A DNA stretch of 64,000 nucleotides from Lingula anatina (taxonomy: Eukaryota > Animalia > Brachiopoda), in the NCBI GenBank assembly GCA_051362555.1, contig CM120642.1, positions 6,696,001 through 6,760,000 on the forward strand, written 5' to 3'. The translations under genes and the position numbers were made by a program. The notes under the pieces were generated by a model. The model did not search any database and was not told where the DNA came from. It worked only from the letters and a program-made list of their open reading frames with translations. Shown in pieces: positions 38,446 through 50,787 of the stretch; the stretch's first letter is position 1, and each line of letters starts with the position of its first letter.

Positions 38446-39373
38446 CCCATGATACATATTTGTTAGGTAATTAATGTCCATATTTCATCATTTTGGGTAA
38501 ATCCAAGATGGCCTTCTTTTCCCCGTAGGAAAACTGGTGCATTGGATTTTACAGGCACTTCTTAGGCAAATGAGGGTAATCATGATATTTTGCCAAAATA
38601 CTAAAGGGTACACACTTGTTACCCACCAGATAGATATCTCAAAGTCCAAAAAGAATGTGGGAAATACCGAGAAACAATATTCATTTTATATTGAACCCAA
38701 AGTAGTTGACTGTACTAATCCTATTGTGAATTGCAGCAATCTTGAATTTTCTCAAATACGCAAGATGCACACTTGCTTCACACCAGATTTATATAGAGTA
38801 AGGTTAATAAGGATGTCAACATGTTTGAACATCAAACGGCTTTATTTCATGTTGGAATCATTGTCTGAACTGTTCCAATAATTGACACCTACTGTATGTG
38901 CATTTGAATGATATATTCCTATGACAACTGGCAGCTATCTTGGGTTTTCTTCGAATAGTACTCAAGGATACATACACTTCCTACACACACAGAGTCTTTC
39001 ATAAGGATAAACAGGATATGAAAAACATTTAAAACGATCTAAAGTTAACTACATTTAAATTGTACTCAGTGTATCTCTGGCATTATTTGATTATGTGTAC
39101 GAATATTCTAATGACAAAAGGCAGACATCTTGAAATTTTTTCAGAATACCCAAAGATACACACATGCTACAGACCAGGTATACATCATAGGGGTAATAAT
39201 AAATGGAATGAAAAAAATATATTATTTTTAAAACAAACCCATGGTAATGTAATTGTATTGTGAACCATATGCCTCTCTAGCAGCAATTGAAACCCACCCA
39301 TTAGTATTCCTATGTCAAATTGAACTCATCTTGGATTTTCTCAAAATATCCAAGGATGCACACTATTTACCTA

Positions 39374-39439
<66 letters not shown>

Positions 39440-42400
39440 TAGGACTAATAAGGATGGACAAAACATGATGAGCAAACACAATTTCACCCTGGTAGTAGAT
39501 GAAAAGCCATGGATGTGCAGTTGTAATTCCAGTAGTATTCCTATGCATGGCCAATGACGGCCATCTTGGATTTTCTCAAAATGATCAAATATGCGCATTT
39601 ATTACCTGCTAGATATGTATCACAGTGTAATTATAATGTGTAAAACACTGAAAAAATATACTGAATTTGATAGTGAATTATGTTTTTCCTAGCTGGCATT
39701 AGTTCCAACCCTTATAATACTAGAAGTATTCCAATGACATATGGCGCCATCTTGGATTTTTCTCAAAATGCCCAAGAATACATGTTAGTTACTCACCACA
39801 TACATATTGTGTGGGCGGAAAGGATGTGGAAAACACTCAGAAACAAACTTAATTTGATAGTGGAAAATTATCTTTTCAGTTGCCATTAGTTGAATCCCCC
39901 ATATACTAGAATTCTTGTGGCAGCCATCTTGGATTTTCCAAAATGCCCAAGAACACTTCGTAGTTACTTACCTCAAACATATTATGTGAGTAACAAAAAT
40001 CTGAGAAACAGACTTAATTTGATAGTGGACAACGTATCTTTCTAGCTGGTATTAGTTGTGCACTAGTATTCCTATGGCTGTTTCTATGGCATATGACAGC
40101 CATCTTGGATTTTTTAAAAAAATCCAAGGGAACTTGTTTGCTATCTGACATTCATGAATAAAATGGGTAATAAGGGTGTGGAAAACTCTGAGAAAATAAT
40201 TTATTTGATAAAAATCAACATAGGTATATACATATTTCTATAGAATTCCATAAATTGGCGGCCATTTTGGATTTTTTGACCAAACGGTAAACTGTTTGAG
40301 AGGGCTACGGCTCTAATTTGATTTAGAATGTCAAAAGGTAACTACATGCCAAATTTGGTGCTTTTATCCGCCGTGTCACGATTTTTTCCTTAAGCCACCG
40401 GACTAATATGGAAAACAAAAAATTGGACACCACCTCCAGTATTGCACTTGTCAAGTTCTACAAAATGCGATGAACAAAAGGTCTCTGGCGTTTACCATTC
40501 CAGAATAAAAGCAAGTTTTCAGTTTCGGTATCTAATGGCTGCTTCTCCCGTGAAAATGCACCAATTGACCCCAAACTCCCAAAGATGAAAGGAGTCCCCA
40601 ATTGTAACCCCTCACTACAACAGGAGAGCTTAGATCTGTGTAGTTTCCAAAAAATAGCACAAACGAATATTTTTTTGCAGAAAATTCCCATTTTTAGAAA
40701 ATTTTGGCTTGTTTGATCTTGAAAAAAAGGTCAAAAGTCAAATCCAAGGGCATATTTGGAATCTCCACATATGACTTTCGGTCAGACTTCTGTAGTAATT
40801 TTTCCCATAATTCCTTTGGTTTGGGAGATATTTAGCCTTGAATTTTCAAAAATTTTGACAAGGGTGGGTTTCAACAAGTGTCACGCCCAGGCCAATGCAC
40901 CGACAAAAACAAAAAAAACCAGGGTGTTCAAGTTGAGATTATATGTGACCTTAATCCAAGAGATGGGGACACAGGTCCTGGCGGTCTAGGAGGAGAAGCG
41001 GTAACGGTGACTTGTTTCCGGCGCCCAACTGCGGAGCCGGCGGAGCTGTACGAGACGGGTTGGGACTAAAACCATGAGTACCGCCAGCGTATACGCTGGT
41101 GGTACTAATTAGTGTCACTGGGCAATAAGTGTTGACTACAAGGACATACCTGCATTAAAATCAACTTCTTGCGCTATGCCATTGTTACCGTTCCCACTGA
41201 TGTCCATGGCTTCATATTGTTTGGTGAGTGGCCAAAACCCAGCGGGAGGAGGCAAAACCACTGAGTTATAAAAAACATTGTATTAGACACAAAACAAAAA
41301 ATTTGTTATTATGGAGATTGATCGATCCTGTTAGATCGATCTGGGCAAGGGAACCCAGTCTTAAGGACCATTCCCAGACCCTATCGTACTAACTTTGGAT
41401 CGATCTATCTTCTAAATTGCTATCAACTTAAACGGCGTAAATATCTGTCACGCCTACTGAAGCTGCTATGGGGTAATTAATTATTGTTTAACAGCTTCAG
41501 TAGGCGTGCCAGACATCTAAGCCGCTTAAGTTGAAAGCAATTTAGCGAGAAACTCCTTGGAGAAGGATCGATCCTGTGAGGTCGATCTAGGTATGGGAAC
41601 CCAGTCTAAGTCTCATCTACTGCTGAGCCACAGTTTGAGGAGCTCTCTTATCCCGGACGGTTGGATTGCACTCTTCCCACAGGGTCCCAGAGTATTATAT
41701 TGCACAGTATTTTGATGGACCTCTGCGGCCGATTTCATAAAGGAGGTTTAACTAAACCTAGTTTAAGGCTAAAACCTAGGCTAGCAAAACCTGGTCTAAC
41801 TCAAGACCTAAATTGCATTTCACTAACAGTGTAGGAAAGCCAGAAAACCAGGTTTAGCTAAACCAGTTTTAACTTGTCCTTGACCTCCTGTTGAATGTAA
41901 CAGGATTACATAGACGAAGAAATCACTGAACTGTGTCAATCAGGTAGGCGTAAATGAATAGATGAAACACACTAGTGTTGAAGCAGATAAGCTGTTTAGC
42001 TCATATGAGAAAAAACTTTGGAAGTAACGAGCACGTGAAAATGAGCCGAAAGAAAGCGGAGAATTTTTCTGCTGAAGAGAAGGGGTACATCTCAGAACTA
42101 ATAAAGGAGAAGTCCAACATCACTGAATAAAAAAATGATGTCACATCAAGTCAAAGAAAAAATGAGGCGTGGAAAGAAATTCTAACAAGATTGTCAGCAC
42201 ATTTTCCACAAGCCGGGAAAAGAACTGAAAGGCAGGTGAAAGACTTCTGGAAACGAGCGAAAATGAAAGCTAAGAAAGAATTTGCAAATGTTAAAAAAAC
42301 TGCAAAAAAGACTGGAGGGGGGGCAAAAGAGGTTGAATTAAGTCAAGAAAATCAAGCAGTGATAGATCTTTTTTCCAAGCTACAGAGGTAAACCTGGATA

Positions 42401-42940
42401 TGACCAGGTTTATTTTTAGACTTGGTATGAGTCCATAATCCGGGTATCAAAAACTTAGACCTCAATTATGAAACACAATCCTGTCTAGACCAGGTTTAGA
42501 ATGATGTTAAGCCAGGTTTTACTAGACCACTGGTCCAATACTAAAACCTCCTTTATGAAATGCAGGCAATCCCTAAAACTGGTGTAAACTCACTTTAGAC
42601 CAGGTTTAACTTTAAACTTCCTTTATGAAATCAGCCGCTGATGTCAGAGGGTATGGCGTATGCGGGGTAAATGAACGTAATGTCAGGCGGCACCAATGTC
42701 CTCTTTGAAGGACACAGATACCCAGTGGTGCCTGTAGCAGGACTTTTTTTATCAACCATTCAATGAAAAAACTTATTTATCAAACATGCAAACGCGTATG
42801 GAAAAATCCAAAGAACTGCAATAATCGCACACATAGATAGATTTATAGACAGATAGATAGATGGATAGAATTCTATTACCTAGATATACCTCTTGCACAA
42901 AACCACAAAGGAGTACAACTTTAAGACTGAGTAGCTGCAT
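30536..42940 (-). CDS. Type-I membrane protein: signal peptide + LamG/ConA-like domain + collagen-like Gly-X-Y + TM. Exons (minus): 42880-42940, 41150-41260, 34208-34759, 32794-33699, possible 30-nt exon 31864-31893, 31119-31457, 30536-30699; ~710-720 aa
   Basis: All introns are GT-AG and phase 1, and the frame stays open across joins. Sequence: [20 protein letters not shown] / [12 protein letters not shown]...DISGNGNNG / [17 protein letters not shown]...SFTW...[21 protein letters not shown]...[19 protein letters not shown] (LamG-like) / (GTGGPP)n / GQKGQKG..GMKG / [27 protein letters not shown] (TM plus basic stop-transfer). The first exon and the micro-exon are less certain. Confidence 0.8.
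32794..33699 (-). repeat. Coding 18-bp minisatellite (~50 units) encoding GTGGPP
   Basis: Plus strand repeats ccctcctgttcctggtgg-like 18-mers throughout the 906-nt exon. Confidence 0.9.
35590..36240. mobile_element. PIF/Harbinger-type MITE in an intron
   Basis: TIR cccccgtcacact (35592-35604) / agtgtgacggggg (36226-36238), flanked by TAA on both sides; interior rich in gcattc/gaatgc short repeats. Confidence 0.7.
36680..37565. repeat. ~6 copies of a 146-bp tandem repeat
   Basis: aaaagtaggtcaaaggtcaattt recurs at ~36741, 36875, 37021, 37167, 37313 and 37458. Confidence 0.9.
37633..40405. mobile_element. Non-autonomous DNA transposon with >300-bp terminal inverted repeats (TAGT...ACTA ends, 3-bp ATA TSD; Academ-like)
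   Basis: 37633-~37965 is the reverse complement of ~40085-40405 (tagtcc.gtggctta.gg...acacggcggataaaagcaccaaattt.gcatgt...). ATA flanks both ends. No transposase ORF. Superfamily assignment is tentative. Confidence 0.75.
41320..41610. repeat. Small hairpin-containing repeat (probable MITE relic)
   Basis: ~54-bp imperfect stem ctaaattgct.tcaacttaa.cggc...cacgcctactgaagctg / cagcttcagtaggcgtg...ttaagttga.agcaatttag, bracketed by two direct copies of gatcgatcctgt..g.tcgatct.gg...gggaacccagtct. Confidence 0.6.
41725..42638 (+). mobile_element. Internally deleted PIF/Harbinger transposon retaining a disrupted Myb/SANT-like DNA-binding ORF (42041-42391)
   Basis: TIR gcggccgatttcataaagga / tcctttatgaaatcagccgc. 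[17 protein letters not shown]...LIKE...*...RKNEAWKEI...[19 protein letters not shown]...KTGGG fits the Harbinger Myb-like protein, with one in-frame stop. Confidence 0.8.
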
Positions 42941-44021
42941 CCTGTATTTAATCTGCATGCAGGTAGTTTGTTGGTCGATTTTCTTTCAGCTGTAAGGCAA
43001 AGTACTGCTAAATATTTAGATCAAACAAAGCAAAAAAATCACTTGCGAAAGGAAAAACACGCAAATTTGTTTTGAAAAGTATTTTAAGTTATTGGATATT
43101 GAGATAGTAGCTTTGAGGCTTGTCCCCAATTCAGTTATTGTGGGTCATTATCGTTTTCTTTTTTACACATGTGCGTGTACCCAATAGATGATCAATTCTG
43201 CTTTGATTTATCAACAATATGTAACATTTATCTCGTTTGGTGTGAAGTTTTGAGCTCAATGCAGAAAATTGTAAACCAGTAGTATAAGCAATTAATTGGA
43301 AACCGTTTTATATTAATACGTAGAATGCCAGTTCAGTCGTAAATGATTATAGATATTCAACGGTACGCAAATAATATTTGCGTGCACACATGATATTTTT
43401 CTAAGTGAGCTAGAGACTTGAAATATGGTACACAGACAGCCATACATTTGAGTATGAATAATAAATTAAAATTTTTAATCTATCATATTTAGATCAAAAG
43501 TTATTCAAGTTTTAGTAACACCATGTTTGTTCTTTTTTTCAGGCGCCATTTTCAAAAATTTAGCACACATTAAGTATAGAGGTTGGGCATTAACCCATAG
43601 TTTAAATTTTGGTTCTAGAATTTTCCTAAGCAGAGTTATGTGCATGTGAATTAAGCAAAATAAAGGAATTTTTTGACGGTAAATGCTAGAAAATACACAT
43701 TTCTTAGGTTTTATTCATCAACAAGACTAACTCTTGGTAGAATAGTTGTCTTACATATGAGTATTAGTACAAAATTAATAGTATAAGTGGCAAATTGTCA
43801 TTGTGAAAAAAATAGAATCATTCAAACTCAGGAACAACCCACACCCTGGGGATCATAGGGTTATTCTTGCATATGTACTCTTACTCCTTAGTATCGAACA
43901 CATATGTATAGTATGTACATGGCACACAATTTTCTTTTATGATAAACTTCCCGCAAAAAATAAAAATGCCCCAACTTCTGAGGATGTTACCCCCATGCAT
44001 ATTTCCATCACCCCTAGGGGT

Positions 44022-44147
44022 GACAACTGCTGGAGAGAGAGAATTTTATTACAAACTGCCTTATCAGCATTTGTAAACAGCTAGCTAGCTGTTTACAAAT
44101 GCTGATAAGGCAGTTTGTAATAAAATTCTCTCTCTCCAGCAGTTGTC
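44022..44147. repeat. Perfect 126-bp palindrome with no spacer
   Basis: 63-bp arm gacaactgctgg...gtaaacagctag is followed immediately by its exact reverse complement; centre at 44084/44085. Confidence 0.97.
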
Positions 44148-44859
44148 TTGATATTAGTATAAATCAAAATTTAATTATATATTTCATGTCAGAAAACAAT
44201 ATCTGGTGAGCTTGAAAGAAAATAAATCCAGCTATATACATGTAGCACCTGTGATACTACTATTTAAACCTACTAGTAATGCATAAATGTTCCAAAGCTT
44301 AAATATCATTGAAAATTAACTCGCCACGTATGAATGATAGACTTAATTTATATAATTCATGTGACTAAGCAGAGTTTTCTGATCCAGGATTATATTGAAA
44401 AAGTATAAGAATTATCTGCTACAATATTTGTGCTTCCCATTTGTCTACCAATTAAAGTAAAGAATACACAAATCTGATTTAACCATTGTTATAGGGAATT
44501 CTTGCACCACCTGCATATATAAAAAGTAAATATATCAATACAAATGACAGTAAGTTTTAGCTATTTGAAGTCTTTGGCACGAAGATATATAAAAACAACA
44601 TTAAATCACAAAGAAAAAAAATGGATAACTTATTCTCTCTTGTTGGCTTCCTCAAAAAGTTTTTTTTTTTTAATTTTATTTCAATGTACGTCCATCTCCT
44701 AAAGTTCTAGATATAAATATAATTATATACATATACTTTCATCTAAAGTTCTTCACACAAATACCTATACATAGAAATTTCCAAAAGGGACTTGACAATA
44801 TTCACACCTTCAAGGTCATTTGAAGTCTTTGGCAAAGATGTGTAAACAGAATACATAAA

Positions 44860-44890
<31 letters not shown>

Positions 44891-45365
44891 TAAATAAATA
44901 AATAAATAGATAAATAAATAAATTAATTAATTGATAAATAAATAATTAATCTGTCAAAGCTCCATTAAGACCTTTATAATCAGTCTGAGACGCTAAACCC
45001 AAGGAGTTACAACTCCTTGCTAAACCAGACAACCAAGAAGAAGAGTCAGGATGGTCAACGAGAACGAGGCCAAGGAGGAGACAACGACCGTTGCGCTCCT
45101 AGAATTTCTTCCAAATTCAAAAAATCGGTAGAAATATTAAAGCTATGGATAATAAATGTGTGAATACTAACTGTCTCCTGCGAATGAAAGCTGCTTATCT
45201 GACTTGGTTTTTGTCATCAAGCTTTATTTGACATTCATCATAACGTATACCATAACTATACAACTGACAATAGATCGTGACAAGTGCGCTTCAGTACAGG
45301 TGCATAGGTGAGTACTGCTCACCGGATAACAATAGATTCAAGTCAGCCTTATTGCCTCGAAAATA

Positions 45366-45451
<86 letters not shown>

Positions 45452-46748
45452 AATGAGCTCAAATAATAAATCAAAATACTTTGTCATGAACAAAGAGTCA
45501 AAGAGCTCTATGACAGACAGAATGAAAACCACAGCTGACAAGAAATCCACCAGTCAGCCAGCAAAAAGATCCCACAGTGAAGTTTCCAACACAAGCATAG
45601 AAGAAACATCTTTAATCTTGATAAAGCTAGACAAAATAGAATCTGAAATCAAAAATACTGTAAAAACAAATGATCTAAAAGACATTGTGCAAGAAATGGT
45701 CGCGGAAACTGTCACTAAACTTTTACTTAATTTCAAAGACGAAATCGGGACAAATCTAGAAAAATTAGAAGACAAGCATAAATTGGATATTGGACAGCTA
45801 AGGGAAAGAATCGATTCACTGGAATTAGAAAAATGACGCTCTCCGAGAACAGCTAGCGGGAAAAGAAAAGTCTCTCAGAAAGCTCACGGAAACAGTGGAG
45901 CAAGCAAACTATGCGTCAAACAATGCTATCAAAATGGCGAACTATAATAAATATTCCCGGAAAAATAACAAAAATCTACGGGGTGATAGAGAAGGAACAT
46001 GAAAACACTCGGGATGTTGTGTGCAAGGTGCTTAAGGAACAGGGAGAAGTACAGCTGATGACATCATGGCGGTGCACAGAATTCCCGGTCGGCAAGGGTC
46101 TCCCCGGCCAATTCTCATGCATGTTAAAAACACGGAAATCAAGGTACGTATAATGCGGAGTAGATCTACCTTGAAAAGGCATGACAAAGGTGTTCGGCTG
46201 GCTGACGATATTACCAAACTAAACGCTCAATTACTGCAGCGCCTAAAGGAAAACGAGCAAATTGAACAGTCGTGGTTTTATAATGGGAGCGTGTAACCTT
46301 AGTTATGCTATGTGAGGAGGAGACGTGGGTATGTTGCTCTCGGAATTTGATGCTATTTTGGCAACTTCAAGACAATGCAGGCTATTGATTTGTGGGAGAC
46401 ACCTTCGTAAGTTGGTCGGGGTCGGTTCACAGTTTTCGGCGTGACTATTCGAAGTATTGCCGACGAGATATTTGAAAAACAAATTCGTATATATATATTC
46501 GGACTTGGTAAGATAACGGCAGATATAGGTCAACATCTACTCACTTTTACCATGCATTTTGGTGACAGCAATTGTTGCATATAACCCATAGCAATTACGG
46601 AAATAATGAGGGGCAAACGCCAGGTAGCACAGAGAGCGGGTGTTGTAGTAATCATCGTCGTCAACCAAAACGGGAACAATATCAACCAAAAAAGTGTTCA
46701 AGACATTGTATGTATTTACCGCATAACATTATAAGCTACTAACTTCTG

Positions 46749-47720
46749 GTGGTTTATTATTTGCAAATGCCCAAAACAAATAGGAAAAAGAGAAGCAGAG
46801 GAAGCACGGAAAGTGTAAATGAAAACAACGCAAAGAAAGAGTGCCAGGTCGAAAGCCCAAAGGAAAATATGAAGGCGACTAGTGAGATACTCCAGGAAGC
46901 AAACAGTGTCCTACACGATTCAAAAATCCACGATAACCCTCCAGTTTTTAGCGTATCCGAAACCCCTAACCAAGCGCTGTTTAAAAAAATGGACACTTTA
47001 TTAAAAGCTGTAACAGATTTAAAGGACAACCAAGATCAGATGAGAAAATCATTTGACTTAAAACTAAACCACTTAGAAGAAGAAATGAAAGGAATGAAAA
47101 TGCAATTTGCAGAAATCCTAACGGAAATAAACGTGCAAAAAGAAGAGCAAAATAGGATGAAAGCAGAGGTGATCAAAATAAACAACACACTTGATAAAGT
47201 CACCGACATAATTAGTGGCCAGCAACTATATTTAGAAAAACTTGACTCAAAGCAAAGAGAAAAGAATCTCATTGTGATCGGTATGTCGGAAAATGAGAAT
47301 TATGGAGATGTAGTTGGGGATGCGGAAAAAGTTAAATATGTTTTAGAAGCGATCACCGCCACTCAACTTGCAAATAAACCTGTTTGCAAACGCTTGGGTC
47401 AGCCAAGGCAGGATGGCACACCCCGCCCGATTCTCGTAACGCTCGGCAGCGAATCCCTGAGGAGGGACATCCTCCAAAAATTGGCACAAAGGAACGGCGG
47501 GCAGGGAGAGCTTCAGATCCCGCATGTTAACGACACACTGAGGATAAAACGTGACCAACACCCAGCAATAAGAGCTGAGTGGGGACGCATGTTCAGGGCA
47601 CTGGACACAGAAAAGCAAAAGCCAGAAAATATGGGCCATGAGATCTTTTTCGATAAAAAGAAAAGAGTAATTACCAAAGATGGTGAGGTAATCGACCGTT
47701 GGAGTGCAAATTTTGTATAA
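46749..47720 (+). CDS. LINE ORF1 protein (coiled-coil / RNA-binding type)
   Basis: 323-aa open frame directly upstream of and overlapping the APE-RT ORF; likely start at the ATG of MPKTNR. Confidence 0.75.
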   Translation: MVYYLQMPKTNRKKRSRGSTESVNENNAKKECQVESPKENMKATSEILQEANSVLHDSKIHDNPPVFSVSETPNQALFKKMDTLLKAVTDLKDNQDQMRKSFDLKLNHLEEEMKGMKMQFAEILTEINVQKEEQNRMKAEVIKINNTLDKVTDIISGQQLYLEKLDSKQREKNLIVIGMSENENYGDVVGDAEKVKYVLEAITATQLANKPVCKRLGQPRQDGTPRPILVTLGSESLRRDILQKLAQRNGGQGELQIPHVNDTLRIKRDQHPAIRAEWGRMFRALDTEKQKPENMGHEIFFDKKKRVITKDGEVIDRWSANFV

Positions 47721-50700
47721 GCGAGCAGAACAGAAAGTTGACTATAGTTACATGGAATATAAATTCTGTAAAAAATAAACTAGAAAACAAAAAGGTGCAA
47801 GAACTTTTAAGTTTATATGATATAATTTGTTTAAATGAAATTAAGTCAAATGTTGAGTTCTCCTTACCAGGATACCATACTTATATGAGTAAAAATGAAA
47901 ACGCAAACCGAGGAGGTTGCGGTGTTCTCATAAAAGATGGGTTAAACAGATCTATAATTGAACTTGTGTGTGGTAAAGACGACTATATTTATTTCAGACT
48001 TAAGGAACACCCACAAGTAATATTTGTGGCTATTTATGTTGCACCAAAGAGTTCACCATACTTTTCAATGGAGGTGTTAGCTGATTTGAGTGCACTCCTC
48101 ATGAATAGACCTAACCATACTTTTATAATAGTGGGAGACACAAACTGTCGATTTTCTTATTTGAGAGAAAGATTTGTAGACTCCATAAAGGGAATGTTTC
48201 CTGATGTTCGGTATAGTGAATCGCCTGATAAATTAAGGATTCCTAACGAAAATGCACGACTTGTTAACGGGATTCTAAAACCGTTAGTATTACTAAACGG
48301 TTTATGTTTTAACAACGTGCAATTACCACTAAAACTAACATTTAGACAAAGGGATCGATGGGTCTCAGAATTGGACCATTGCTTTGTCTCCCCGAGCCTC
48401 GTAGCCGCAACATCTAACATGATAATTCATGACAGCGTGGATTTACCATCGAACCACGCCCCAGTAGGCATTACTTTTTTTAAGGAAAAGCTCTCATCAA
48501 CCGCAGACATCCTGAACTCTCTACTGTACCGCGTATCACAGCTAGATGATCATACACCGACAAGGGACACACACCCATCATCATGTAGTAATCGGCAAGT
48601 TAAATGGACTGATATTGATTCTACCTTATTTAAGGAGATTCTGGGAAACGCCGAACCGCCGAACCTACGTTCATATGATAACTTGGACCAGGTTTTCTAC
48701 GAAACTGACTGCATTATGAGATCAAGTCTAGATCGTGCAAAGATTCACCAATCAAACCAAATTGAGCAACAACGACCAATAACAAACCGCTGGGAAGCGC
48801 TTCACAGCATGAATGATCATCGCAAGATATGGCAGGCGATCGGTTGGAGTGGGACGCTAGAATTAAACGACGCAGCAAAAAAGCGACCGACGGACGAGGA
48901 TTTCAAGGAGCATTTTGAAAAGCTGCTTTCACCTAACGACGCTGACCCCGTTTTCACGCCGCTCCCAGGGGAATGCCCTTATATACCAATGACTGATGAC
49001 CAAATTACTGAGAATGAGGTACGGGACGCCATTAAAGCAGTTCAACCGAATAAAAGTGGAGGACCCTCCGGCATCCCCCCCGGAATACTTAAGACCTTGC
49101 CACAGCGGTGGATAACTTTTCTAGTACTTACATTTTCTATGATTTTGAGCACCACATTGATCCCAGCGAAATGGGCGTTGTCCCGCTTAGTTATACTATA
49201 TAAGAAAGGACCTAGAACGGACACTGGAAATTACAGGGGCATTGCAGTTATGGACACATTTTCTAAACTGTTTGATGTTATACTATGCAAACGTTTAGAA
49301 AGATGGTTTAAACCCGAAAGAGAGCAGGCGGGCTCTCAGAAGGGAAGAGGGTGCCTAGAGCATATATATCTCTACGCTTGGCTATTGATTATGCTATGTC
49401 CAAAAAAGAAAAACTGTATATAGTTTATGTGGATTTTGTTAAAGCATACGACAAAGTCCCACGTGGGGCGCTCATCCGCAATTTGATCCGCTACGGTTGT
49501 GGATACTCTATGGTAAAAATATTAGCCGCAATCTATAGTAACACTAGCATGGCCCTGGGTGCAGCCAATATATCAGCTTCGTTAGGTGTGCGGCAAGGAT
49601 CTCCAACCAGCTGCTTTTTATTCACTCTGTATATCAATGACCTAGTGAGGGAGTTAAGAAAGTGCCAAGATGACGGTTTTCTTATGTGGTTGCACTGTTT
49701 ATTGTTAATGGATGACACTGTTATCTTAGCAACGTCCCGAAAAGCATGCATAGAAAAAGTAAAAATACTAAAAAAATTCTGTGCCCAGTCAGGGATGGAG
49801 ATGAATCAGAGCAAAACCAATATAATGGTTATAAACGGTACCGTTGAAGATAAGGAGGACCTCGAGGTGGAAGGTCTAACAATTAAGACCTGTGACAAGT
49901 ATTGTTATCTCGGAGCAATGTTCACTCAAGATGGAAAAAGTGATACAGCAGTAAGGGAACAAATGGACATGAAGCAGTGTCATGTTATGAAATATACAGC
50001 ATTTGTTACAAAGAACGTTGATTTCCCCTTCAGCATAAAGAGGAAGGTGCTCGACGCCGCATTGTTTGCATCCATTCTTTACGCATGCGAGTCATGGATA
50101 GGAAACAGTATAGATACGGCAAACCCCATGTACATAAACAGTGTAAAAGCGTTATTAGGTGTACGGGCATCAACGAGAAACGACACCTGTCTCCTCGAAT
50201 TGGGCTTGCCCACACTAAAGGCACGCGTAATGGACGCTCAACGTAATTTTCTGGAGAAATTGTTGCAAGAACGCAAAGACATGGAGGACGACCCTTTCAT
50301 ATTCATGTGGAAAACTTGTGCAGATGCTAAGACAAAAGCGTCAACGTACTATCAGAAAGTGTTAGCAACATCCGATCATATTTACTTGGACATTGAAAAC
50401 CTAAAAGATCAACTTAAAAATTCGAATCAAACAAAAGCAACGACTTATTTAGAAATGAACCCCAATCTGGAAGTGTGGGATATGTACGCAAACCGCTTCG
50501 ATATCCCGGAATATCTACGTATAGCTACTACTAGGTTTAGGCTAAGTTCTCATAGATTGGCAATCGAAACGGGTCGTTGGTGTCGTAAAGAGAGGAACGA
50601 ACGTGTCTGCAAGTGTGGTGAAATGCAAACAGAGCTACATGTTATAAGCAAATGCGAGCTCACATCAGCGATGCGTTCAGCCTACCCTGAACTGGTATAT

Positions 50701-50787
50701 ACGTCCTTAGGGGATCTATTTTCAAAGAACAATTTGCACTTAGTCGTTTCATATGTATGCAAGGTCTTGAAAATATCAGAAACGTAG
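47699..50787 (+). pseudogene. LINE ORF2 (apurinic endonuclease + reverse transcriptase), one frameshift
   Basis: ORFs 47699-49423 and 49351-50787 join at ~49360 (catatatatc) to give a continuous APE-RT. Confidence 0.85.

Larger units (their letters stand above)
36307..41108 (+). mobile_element. Non-autonomous Helentron-type (HINE/DINE-like) element with an internal 146-bp tandem repeat, interrupted by a long-TIR element
   Basis: Sub-terminal gtaccaccagc (36345) matches the 3' hairpin gtaccgccagcgtatacgctggtggtac (41078-41105). The segment aaattggacaccac..cag recurs at ~36411 and ~40420. Internal repeats contain ggtcaaaggtca. Confidence 0.65.
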
